Of a stretch of 64,000 nt of DNA, positions 39,237 through 47,255 are shown piece by piece. Positions within the stretch are counted from its first letter, which is position 1, and each line of letters starts with the position of its first letter. Origin of the DNA: Pyrinomonadaceae bacterium (GTDB lineage: Bacteria > Acidobacteriota > Blastocatellia > Pyrinomonadales > Pyrinomonadaceae); NCBI GenBank assembly GCA_046262375.1, contig JBHEMV010000001.1:25990-89989 (forward strand). The letters run 5' to 3'. The translations under genes were made by a program, and so were the position numbers. The notes under the pieces are model-generated. The model was not told the DNA's origin and searched no databases. It saw only the letters and a list, made by a program, of their open reading frames with translations.

Positions 39237-39679
39237 TTTTTATTACCCCCGTTAATTTAGGAAGAGCACCCGTGTAAGCGTGAGGCAACCGGGCTACCAG
39301 GCAGATACCAATTTCCGTGCCACCGGCTATGAACATAAAAATAAAGGGTTTCCCCGACGTTGCAGGCATCCACTAAGGGTTGGGGCGGGACAGGAGTTCA
39401 CCAATTGGTCATTCTGGAAGATGGTTTCTCAGTTTGACTGATGATCCAGTGGTTTTGTTCTCATCCAGTTGAAGCGTTGAGGCAGACTCGTCATCCCACC
39501 CCGTCAAGCTGCGCGGGCGGCAAAACCTCTGAAGGCACGGTGTATATTAGGTTGTTGAACTCATCGCTGAGCTAACTTTGGCATCAAGTCAGATGACTTC
39601 CAAAACTTCAGAGGTGAGCTTTGAATTCATGGTAAAATGACTTCCAAAATTAGTAACGAGTCTCTTGGGGGGAAGCAAA

Positions 39680-39850
39680 ATGAGAAGTTCGCCGATAGCC
39701 GCAATTCTGGCGGTCATTGCTCTGGTGCTCGCCGTCTTTGCCATTCTTGATGTTGTGCGTGCTGGTACGGCGCTGGGGCTTGCCGTGATTTGCCTGGCAC
39801 TTGCCGTGTTGCTGCCGGCTGCTACCGGCTATTCCCGCGATAAGATTTAA
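39680..39850 (+). CDS. small two-helix membrane protein (tentative)
   Basis: The ATG at 39680 is preceded by GGGGGGAAG. The 56-aa product is MRSSPIAAILAVIALVLAVFAILDVV...LAVICLALAVLLPA. Confidence 0.35.
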   Translation: MRSSPIAAILAVIALVLAVFAILDVVRAGTALGLAVICLALAVLLPAATGYSRDKI

Positions 39851-39917
39851 GCCAGGGAACGTCCATCGAAAACGATTCTGCGGCATCGAGAAACTTCTCC
39901 CGGCCGCAATTGAGCGT

Positions 39918-40242
39918 TCAGAATCTCGTTACATTTAGCGCCCTGATCGACAGCTCCTCCTGTCGAAACCTTTTTCGCAAACCCTCTCGATACTGGGCCC
40001 ACCAGGTTCGTCCAATTTTTCTGTTCATCACCTCGATATCACACGTCGTCCCGGCTTACATCGTCGTGGTCTTGTTTCCATAATCCGTCGCCCCGGGATT
40101 GCAGGAAGGCTGTAACACCCCCGAAACGCTCGGTCAGATCGCGGCGCACGGTGTCGAAATCAAAGCGAGAGAAAGGCGTCCTTCTATTATCACGGAGAGG
40201 CGACAGTAGCTGAATAAGGTACATGGCTCTATTATCTGTCAC
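39918..40242 (-). pseudogene. small conserved hypothetical gene (MYLIQLL...ERFGGVTA family) with a 1-nt frameshift
   Basis: The tracked ORF ends ...HDDVSRDDV at the TGA of 40039-40041. One nt downstream the next frame reads DIEVMNRKIGRTWWAQYREGLRKRFRQEELSIRALNVTRF, ending at the stop of 39918-39920. Total length is 325 nt (3n+1), consistent with one extra base. Confidence 0.55.
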
Positions 40243-40365
40243 GCGGCGGCAAAATAATTTGCATGTTCTAACACCAAATAATTTCCAGCTAATCAGTTTG
40301 TCCTGCTTGTACTCTTAAGCAACCAAAAGTAGTGAGCAACTTAACTTGCAGAAAGGAATGCCTCA

Positions 40366-40815
40366 ATGAGCACCGAACACGAGAGCATGATGGGGATACT
40401 AAAATTGTATGAGTTGCGGAGCGAGGGCGCCATGCGCAAGGCGCGCGACTGGTTTGCCACAAGCTTCTTCCCAGAAAGGACGCAGGATATTCTAAATGTT
40501 CTCAGCAGCGACCATAGCACAGATTTTCGGATGGTTGCTTCTTACTGGGACATGGCGGCGGCGTTCGTGATCTTCGGTGCGATCGATGGTGAGATGTTCA
40601 ACGCCATAAACACAGAGCACGTTGCTGTGTATGCCAAGCTTAGCCCATTCATCTCAGAGCTTCGGGCTATTCCAGGTGGCCCGCCTTACCTATCTTTGAG
40701 GCATCTCGAGCCAGTAGTACTGCGTATTCCCGACGCCCAGGAACGTATGGAAGTAATGAGGCGATACATGAAAAGTCGGAGAGAGTCGCGTAGCACCAGC
40801 AGCGGTTCACAATGA
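40366..40815 (+). CDS. hypothetical protein
   Basis: 149-aa ORF whose composition looks like a real protein (ILKLYELRSEGAMRKARDWFATSFFP...YWDMAAAFVIFGAID). No family assigned. Confidence 0.5.
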   Translation: MSTEHESMMGILKLYELRSEGAMRKARDWFATSFFPERTQDILNVLSSDHSTDFRMVASYWDMAAAFVIFGAIDGEMFNAINTEHVAVYAKLSPFISELRAIPGGPPYLSLRHLEPVVLRIPDAQERMEVMRRYMKSRRESRSTSSGSQ

Positions 40816-40880
40816 GCAGCTACAGGCTCCATGAAGTGCGCGAAGACCACCTCACCACTGCTTGAACTCGGGAGATACTA

Positions 40881-42230
40881 ATGAGAGAACTCTTAGAGGA
40901 AACCGCTCAACGCGCCATTTCATATCTTGACGGCCTTGGAACCAGAAGGGTCGAGCCATCTGCCGAAGAAGTTTCTCGGCTCGCAACACTGGATGAACCT
41001 TTAACTGAAGAGCCGACGCCCGCTCAAACGGTAATCAAGTTGCTCGACGAAACTTGCTCACCTGCGACGATGGCGATGGCCGGGCCTCGCTTCTTCGGTT
41101 TTGTCATTGGAGGCTCGCTACCAGCAACGTTGGCAGCCAACTGGCTTGCCAGTGCCTGGGACCAAAACACCGGCTTGCATACTCCTACTCCCGCCACCGC
41201 TAGCCTTGAACAAATCGCCCTTAACTGGTTGCTCGATCTTTTCAAGCTGCCGTCGGAGTGTGGTGGAGCTTTTGTCACTGGAGCGACGATGGCCAACTTT
41301 TCCGCGTTGGCCGCGGCGCGACATGCGCTCCTGGAGCGGACGGGTTGGAACGTTGAAGCCGACGGGTTGTTTGGCGCGCCAGCGATTACGGTTGTGGTTG
41401 GAGAGGAAGCACATCCAACGCTGTTCAAGTCGTTGGGGCTTCTAGGATTGGGTCGCAATAGGGTTATTAGAATACCGGTGGACTCCCACGGCCGGATGCG
41501 GGCGGACACTCTGCCGCAGTTGACGGGTCCAACGATTGTGTGCGTCCAGGCCGGCAATGTGAACACGGGGGCCTTCGATCCTTTTGAGGCACTCTGTGAG
41601 CGTGCGCATGAAGCCGGCGCCTGGGTGCATGTCGATGGGGCGTTTGGGCTATGGGCAACGACCTCCCAGTCAACAGCGCATCTCACCACCGGCCTGGCTA
41701 ATGCGGATTCATGGGCGACAGATTTTCATAAATGGCTCAACGTTCCATATGACAGCGGCCTGGCTCTAGTGCGGGATGCTGAGGCCCTCAGGGCAGCAAT
41801 GGCCATCACGGCCGACTATCTTCCTACGAGTTTGTTTCGAAACCCATCAGACTTTACGCCCGAACTTTCAAGGCGCGCACGAGGTGTGGAAGTGTGGGCG
41901 GCCTTACTTTCGCTTGGCCGCAAAGGTATAGCCGAGTTAATAGAACGAAACTGCCGACAAGCAAGACGCTTCGCCGCAGGTCTGGAAGCGGCTGGATACA
42001 AGGTCCTCAATGAAGTGGTTCTTAATCAGGTGTTGGTCGCCTTCGGAGATGCGCAAATGACCAATCGCGTAATCTCGGAGGTCCAAACAGAAGGGACTTG
42101 TTGGTGTGGAGGCACTGTCTGGCAGGGACACACGGCCATGCGAATTAGCGTCTCGTCCTGGGCCACCACGGACGAGGACGTTGAGCTTAGTTTAGGTGCA
42201 ATGCTTCGCATCGCTCGTGAGCATGGCTAA
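40881..42230 (+). CDS. PLP-dependent group II decarboxylase-family protein
   Basis: The PLP-lysine context is SWATDFHKWLNVPYDSG. The fold-type I layout and GGGAG 6 nt upstream of the ATG support the call. Confidence 0.8.
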   Translation: MRELLEETAQRAISYLDGLGTRRVEPSAEEVSRLATLDEPLTEEPTPAQTVIKLLDETCSPATMAMAGPRFFGFVIGGSLPATLAANWLASAWDQNTGLHTPTPATASLEQIALNWLLDLFKLPSECGGAFVTGATMANFSALAAARHALLERTGWNVEADGLFGAPAITVVVGEEAHPTLFKSLGLLGLGRNRVIRIPVDSHGRMRADTLPQLTGPTIVCVQAGNVNTGAFDPFEALCERAHEAGAWVHVDGAFGLWATTSQSTAHLTTGLANADSWATDFHKWLNVPYDSGLALVRDAEALRAAMAITADYLPTSLFRNPSDFTPELSRRARGVEVWAALLSLGRKGIAELIERNCRQARRFAAGLEAAGYKVLNEVVLNQVLVAFGDAQMTNRVISEVQTEGTCWCGGTVWQGHTAMRISVSSWATTDEDVELSLGAMLRIAREHG

Positions 42231-42591
42231 CAAGCTGTTGATACCAAATTAATGCGTTTAACGCCTGTAAATCCGAGTATTATTCGAGGGCTAATTGACA
42301 AGAAAAAGTTATTCACTCACACCGAGGGCAACAGGGTCATTACTTACATGCTTTGTCGCAACTGAGTTGCGGACTTCGCAAAATGGAAACAGATCCTTGA
42401 TTCGCATAGAGATGATCACGGTGAGGTTGGACTAAAGCTTGTTTATCTTGAGGAACCTTCTCCTCGAACACGGAGCGACGATAGCAGGCGCCTGAGGGGA
42501 GGCGCGGCGAAGCACAACATTCTTATTACTCCGGCGTTGAAAGAACGGACTTAATTTCACACCGACAATTACACTCGATACAGGGGGTCAC

Positions 42592-43017
42592 ATGAAACGA
42601 AATGCATCAGCAGTCTGGAAAGGCGGTCTCAAGGATGGAAAAGGAACAATCTCTACTGACAGTGATGTTCTTTCCGAAACGCAGTATTCCTTCAGCACCC
42701 GGTTTGAGGAAGGAAAAGGTACGAATCCTGAAGAATTAATTGCGGCGGCACATGCGGGTTGTTTTTCAATGGCGCTATCGGGCCAACTAGCGCAAGGGGG
42801 CCTCATACCGAAGAGCATCCGTACAACGGCAAGTGTCACACTGGACAAGACAGATGCCGGGTTTGCAATTACTTCTGTTCATCTGGAGGTAAAAGCAAAA
42901 GTGCCGGGTGCAGACCAGCAAGCGTTTGAAAAAGCAGCTAACAATGCCAAGTCGGGCTGCCCGGTTTCGAAAGCATTAAGTGCGAAGATCTCGATGAATG
43001 CAACGCTCGAAGGGTGA
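42592..43017 (+). CDS. osmC: OsmC-family peroxiredoxin
   Basis: AVWKGGLKDGKGTIST...NPEELIAAAHAGCFSMAL...GCPVS includes both conserved Cys contexts. Length is 141 aa. Confidence 0.85.
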   Translation: MKRNASAVWKGGLKDGKGTISTDSDVLSETQYSFSTRFEEGKGTNPEELIAAAHAGCFSMALSGQLAQGGLIPKSIRTTASVTLDKTDAGFAITSVHLEVKAKVPGADQQAFEKAANNAKSGCPVSKALSAKISMNATLEG

Positions 43018-43034
43018 AAGCTCGAGATGGGTAA

Positions 43035-43775
43035 ATGAAGAGCAAGGTACGTGTGGGCACGTCGGGATTTGGTATTTCAAGAGATAAGTATGCGAACCTT
43101 TTTCCCTGTGTTGAAGTGCAACATACATTTTATCAACCGCCGCGCATCTCGACGCTCCAACGCTGGCGAAAAGATGTCCCTCCTGAATTTGAATTTGTTT
43201 TGAAAGCCTGGCAGCTGATCACGCATGAAACTAAAAGTCCTACCTATCGACGCTTGAAGAGGAAGCTATCCGAGACAGAAAAGCTGGACGCTGGGTATTT
43301 CAAATCAACCCCTCTGGTGAAGGAGGCATGGGAGGTTACGTTTGCCTGTGCCGAGGCTTTGCAGGCAAAGACGATTTTGTTTCAGTCTCCGGGTAGTTTC
43401 AAACAGACGAAAGAGCACATCTCGAATCTGGAGCGGTTTTTTTCGAGCATCAATCAAGAAGGGCTTAATTTTTGTTGGGAACCTCGTGGAGATTGGGACG
43501 GTGAAGTCGTGAAGAGGATTTGCAAGGCTTACAAACTGTGGCACGTGGTGGATCCTTTCACCGGAAAGTCCGCAACTCCGGAACGCTGTTATTTCCGTTT
43601 ACATGGCAGAGGTGGCTGGCGATACAAGTACGAGGAAGCTGAGTTGGAGGAGTTGGCTGCACTTTTGCCAACCAGTTCATCAAAAAGCGAGCACTCGTAT
43701 GTCTTCTTCAATAATATTCAGATGACAGAAGACGCCTTGAGATTTCAAAAGATTGTAGAGAACAGCGAACTCTAA
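43035..43775 (+). CDS. DUF72-family protein
   Basis: VGTSGF...FPCVEVQHTFYQPP...PEFEFVLKAWQLITHE follows the DUF72 pattern (GTSGW..vEiN.tFY..P..F.F.vK..r.iTH). Confidence 0.8.
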   Translation: MKSKVRVGTSGFGISRDKYANLFPCVEVQHTFYQPPRISTLQRWRKDVPPEFEFVLKAWQLITHETKSPTYRRLKRKLSETEKLDAGYFKSTPLVKEAWEVTFACAEALQAKTILFQSPGSFKQTKEHISNLERFFSSINQEGLNFCWEPRGDWDGEVVKRICKAYKLWHVVDPFTGKSATPERCYFRLHGRGGWRYKYEEAELEELAALLPTSSSKSEHSYVFFNNIQMTEDALRFQKIVENSEL

Positions 43776-43787
43776 CTGAGGCCGAGC

Positions 43788-44606
43788 ATGGAAAATCCAG
43801 CAGACAGAGTCACAGCATCGGCGCCCCGCCAGAACTACCCCTGGAAAGTATTCTGGATTCTTTTAGGAGCAGGCCTGTTTGGTGTGCTTGCTGTCATGCC
43901 TTTGTTGCTTGCTCTGCTCGGACCATTATTGGCAAAGACGCCTTTACCACTGCCGCTGCCCGTCCTTTTGGTTTTTCAGTTTCTGCAGAGTGCGATCCTG
44001 CTGGCTCTTGCCGTAGGGCTAGGCTTACTTCTAGCGCGCAAGGTAGGGCTCCCGGTTCCAATCCTCGAGAGCTGGCTGTCTGGCGAGAGCGTTGGCCATC
44101 GGTTGCGGCTGATTCTCCCGCCGGCCATCGTGGTGGGCCTGGCAGTAGGAGTCCTTCTCTTCTTATTAATAAAGTTTGTCTTTCTGTCGCATATCCCTGC
44201 CATCCCACTTATAGCAGAAGCAAATATCTCGCTCTGGAAAAGAGTCCTGGCATCATTTTATGGCGGTATTGTGGAAGAGTTATTGATGCGTTTGTTTCTT
44301 CTTTCTTTACTCGCCTGGCTGCTAGGGAAAGTTTGGCGAGGAGTGGATGGTCTACCGGGCACAGGGGTTTTATGGGCAGCAAATTTTATTGTGGCAATTA
44401 TTTTTGGATTAGGGCATTTGCCGTCTGCGTCAATGGTTATGCCAATTACTCCAATTGTGGTTGTAGCGGCTTTAGTCCTCAACGGCATAGCGGCGCTCGT
44501 ATTTGGCTACCTCTACTGGACGAAAGGTCTGGAGGCGGCGATGGTAGCGCACTTTTCGGCAGATATTGTGATCCATGTCCTCGGGCCCGCCTTTCTCAAA
44601 ACGTAA
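43788..44606 (+). CDS. CPBP-family intramembrane glutamic protease (CAAX protease-like)
   Basis: Polytopic membrane protein with the EELLMRLF (EExxxR) and FGLGH motifs. Confidence 0.8.
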   Translation: MENPADRVTASAPRQNYPWKVFWILLGAGLFGVLAVMPLLLALLGPLLAKTPLPLPLPVLLVFQFLQSAILLALAVGLGLLLARKVGLPVPILESWLSGESVGHRLRLILPPAIVVGLAVGVLLFLLIKFVFLSHIPAIPLIAEANISLWKRVLASFYGGIVEELLMRLFLLSLLAWLLGKVWRGVDGLPGTGVLWAANFIVAIIFGLGHLPSASMVMPITPIVVVAALVLNGIAALVFGYLYWTKGLEAAMVAHFSADIVIHVLGPAFLKT

Positions 44607-44704
44607 TTAGCAGGCGCGCTTCACAAGATTGCTTTCAGGATTGATTTTCGGCGTTCAGTGAGCATAATTGACACCTAACCTGTTAATCAGCGATAGAGAA
44701 TAAA

Positions 44705-44947
44705 TTGCAAACCTCTCAACAGCGCCAACCACGACGTGGCTTCCTTAACCCCGGCATGGTCAGAAGTATTTCGTTCTGGATAACCAGCGCGTGCATCCTC
44801 GTGGCGGTTCTTGCGTCGCTCCTCGCAATTTGGCAGTTTGCGGGCACCGACATACTCTGGCGCACAGTAGCGACCTGCGCGGTTATTGGCAGCGGCACGG
44901 TAGCTTTCTACTGGATTAACGTGCTCTTCGGCAGAACTTCCGAATAA
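44705..44947 (+). CDS. small membrane protein (tentative)
   Basis: 80-aa ORF (TTG at 44705, ATG at 44756) with two hydrophobic helices. Confidence 0.35.
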   Translation: MQTSQQRQPRRGFLNPGMVRSISFWITSACILVAVLASLLAIWQFAGTDILWRTVATCAVIGSGTVAFYWINVLFGRTSE

Positions 44948-45006
44948 CCCTGGGAATTTCATTTCTCAATCGAGCCGGAGCCTGCTGGATCCCAAAGTAG
45001 TAGCGT

Positions 45007-45390
45007 ATGGAAACCTCAATAGAAATGCTTGCCGTTATATGTTTTTTGGTGACGGGCCTATCTCATATCATTCAACCCCGTGTCTGGGCGGAGTTTTTCA
45101 TCATGCTGCGTGAAAAGAAGGAGGTAGGTAGTTTTCTCAATGGCCTACTTCATTTTCCGATGGGCGCCGTCATTGTTTCCTTTCATAACGTGTGGCACGG
45201 ATTCCCCCTGATCTTAACCCTGATCGGGTGGGGCCTGTTGGTCAAGAGCCTCATCTACTTAACGTACCCAAAACATGGGATGAGAATGTTAGCGCGCGTG
45301 TCGGTCGAGAGATCCTGGGAGTTTGTGGTTGCGGGCGTGATGTCTGTTGCAGTTAGTGGCTTAATACTTTTTTCCTTGCTCAGGAAGTAA
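45007..45390 (+). CDS. hypothetical 4-TM membrane protein
   Basis: 127-aa ORF with four hydrophobic segments. No family recognised. Confidence 0.45.
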   Translation: METSIEMLAVICFLVTGLSHIIQPRVWAEFFIMLREKKEVGSFLNGLLHFPMGAVIVSFHNVWHGFPLILTLIGWGLLVKSLIYLTYPKHGMRMLARVSVERSWEFVVAGVMSVAVSGLILFSLLRK

Positions 45391-45448
45391 TGCGCAGAAG
45401 ATTTCATCCAAGAGTATCAGTCCCCGAGGATATCCGAGACTTCAAAAG

Positions 45449-45890
45449 ATGGAGGCTGTGGACATCATAGGCGGTATTGGTCCGGGGTCGACCATTGAAT
45501 ATTACCGTTTGCTGATGGGTTCCTATCGCGAGCAAAAACAGAACGGCAGCTATCCCTCAATAATAATTACCAGCATCGATTGAAGAAAATGCTCGAGCTG
45601 ATCGCGGCTGGTCAATTAGCCGCCGTCACCGACTATCTGGTTAATGCAGTTGAGAAGCTTGCGCGGGCGGGAGCGGATTTCGGAGTGTTGGCATCCAATA
45701 CGCCCAATATTGTTTTTGAGGAGATTCGCGCCCGTTCATAACTTCCGCTGATTAGCATCGTCGAAGCAGCAATGGCTCGACGCCGGTGACGGCGAAGCTG
45801 CCGGCTTGTTGAGTTTCGTTTCATCCACCGGCACGTTTTGCCTGAGACTCGACGACTTCGGAGTTATTAAACTATATGGTCGAACAAAAA
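45449..45890 (+). pseudogene. remnant of an aspartate/glutamate racemase-family (YgeA-like) gene
   Basis: ATG 45449 gives MEAVDIIGGIGPGSTIEYYRLL...IIITSID, ending at the TGA of 45581-45583. The -1 frame from 45580 continues LKKMLELIAAGQLAAVTDYLVNAVEKLARAGADFGVLASNTPNIVFEEIRARS. An in-frame TAA follows at 45739-45741, then LPLISIVEAA. The C-terminal half of the family is missing. Confidence 0.65.
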
Positions 45891-45893
45891 TAC

Positions 45894-47096
45894 TTACGGG
45901 CTTGGCGATGGTTGCGCCGCGGGTGGCGGCATGTTGAATATCGCATCGTCAAGAGAAATGTTGTGTTTGATTTCGGTTATGCGGCGCGTGGAGCTGAAAA
46001 ATGTATCGACATTTGAGAGGCGGATAATAAAGGGCAGTTTGACGCCGTCCACTTCTCGGTAGTCATCAAAGTCGATCTGCTCGGGAATAGGCGCCAGCAA
46101 CGTGTTTGTGATCAAAACTTTTCGCAGCAGCAGTCCCGTTTGCTGATCAAAAAACAGCCTTTCGATTCTGCCATCGTCCAGGGTCCGCGCTGTTACATGC
46201 GTGTCGTGATCGCCGATCTTCTCTGTTCCCGCGATCCGGTACTTCGTGAATGGTGCTTTTACCTTTATAACCTGCGAGTTCTCAGCGGCAGTCTTGATTT
46301 GGGCTAGCTGGCCGGGGTTCAGCGGAAACACTCCACGGTTATTCTTGGTCCAACCCGTTGGTCCATCCAGGCCCTGATAAACGGCCCCCTGCGGTGTAGT
46401 AATCGTAACCATGTACTTGTCGGTGCCCTTTGTAGTGATCACTACGGGAAATGATCGGCCTTGTGACGCCTCGACCGTCCCTTTCATTGAGCGGGTATTC
46501 AACTTCGCTGCGGCTGGCTCGCCGCCTACCGCCGTAACATATTTGCTCAAGACTTGCTCGGCAGTCGGCACTGGTCCCGGACTCGCCTTAGCCCCCGCGC
46601 CAGCCGGCTCGTGAGCGGAAGTGGTCAAAGGCAACGGAGGGGCGCCAACCGGCTCAGTATGGCCGCGATGGCAGGTATAACAGGTAACGGCATTGCCGCT
46701 AAAATCAGCGCCGTTGCTTTTGTTTAGGCCCAAAACCATCTGCATCATCCGTCGCGCGGTTTGTTTCTCAGGCTTGTCATCACTTTCCCAGATCCAGTTA
46801 TCGAAACCCGTCTTCGGGTCTTTTCCATTTTTCACATGACAATAGGCACACTGAACCCCAAGCGAATCTCCAATGAAGTTCATGAGGGTAAACAGTTGCG
46901 ATTCCGGAAGTCCACGGAGCACTTGAATATTCTTGCGCGTTTGCTCGACCGTTTTTTCCGCAGTTGCGGTTTGAGTACTGGACGGCATAAGTGCTGATTG
47001 GGCCGACGCCACAATACAAACGGAGGCTAATAGCACCGAGATACTGAAAACGAGTAGGCGAAGTCGAACTGAGTATGCGGGAATCTGATTTTTCAT
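45894..47096 (-). CDS. exported dihaem c-type cytochrome with reaction-centre-cytochrome-like N-terminal domain
   Basis: It has a signal peptide and two CxxCH motifs, GVQCAYCHV (about 46831-46861) and AVTCYTCHRGH (about 46667-46690). The context NIQVLRGLPESQLFTLMNFIGDSLGVQCAYCH resembles the CytoC_RC family. The C-terminal ~230 aa is a beta-rich domain. Confidence 0.7.
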   Translation of the reverse strand: MKNQIPAYSVRLRLLVFSISVLLASVCIVASAQSALMPSSTQTATAEKTVEQTRKNIQVLRGLPESQLFTLMNFIGDSLGVQCAYCHVKNGKDPKTGFDNWIWESDDKPEKQTARRMMQMVLGLNKSNGADFSGNAVTCYTCHRGHTEPVGAPPLPLTTSAHEPAGAGAKASPGPVPTAEQVLSKYVTAVGGEPAAAKLNTRSMKGTVEASQGRSFPVVITTKGTDKYMVTITTPQGAVYQGLDGPTGWTKNNRGVFPLNPGQLAQIKTAAENSQVIKVKAPFTKYRIAGTEKIGDHDTHVTARTLDDGRIERLFFDQQTGLLLRKVLITNTLLAPIPEQIDFDDYREVDGVKLPFIIRLSNVDTFFSSTRRITEIKHNISLDDAIFNMPPPAAQPSPSP

Positions 47097-47255
47097 GTTG
47101 CCCTTTCAGTAGGCAGAGTAATTTTGTAGAGATTCACGTTATCCAACAGACAACTACGATGAAACGTGAAGGGACAGGTCCGGAACTACCAGGAGACATT
47201 TGTAAAATCGAAACTCACTAGAACGAGTCGCTAGCGTGGGCAGCGGCGCTGGTAC

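Noticed and set aside
45633-45824. 63-aa minus-strand ORF
   Set aside because: It lies antisense within the racemase remnant, and no independent support exists.
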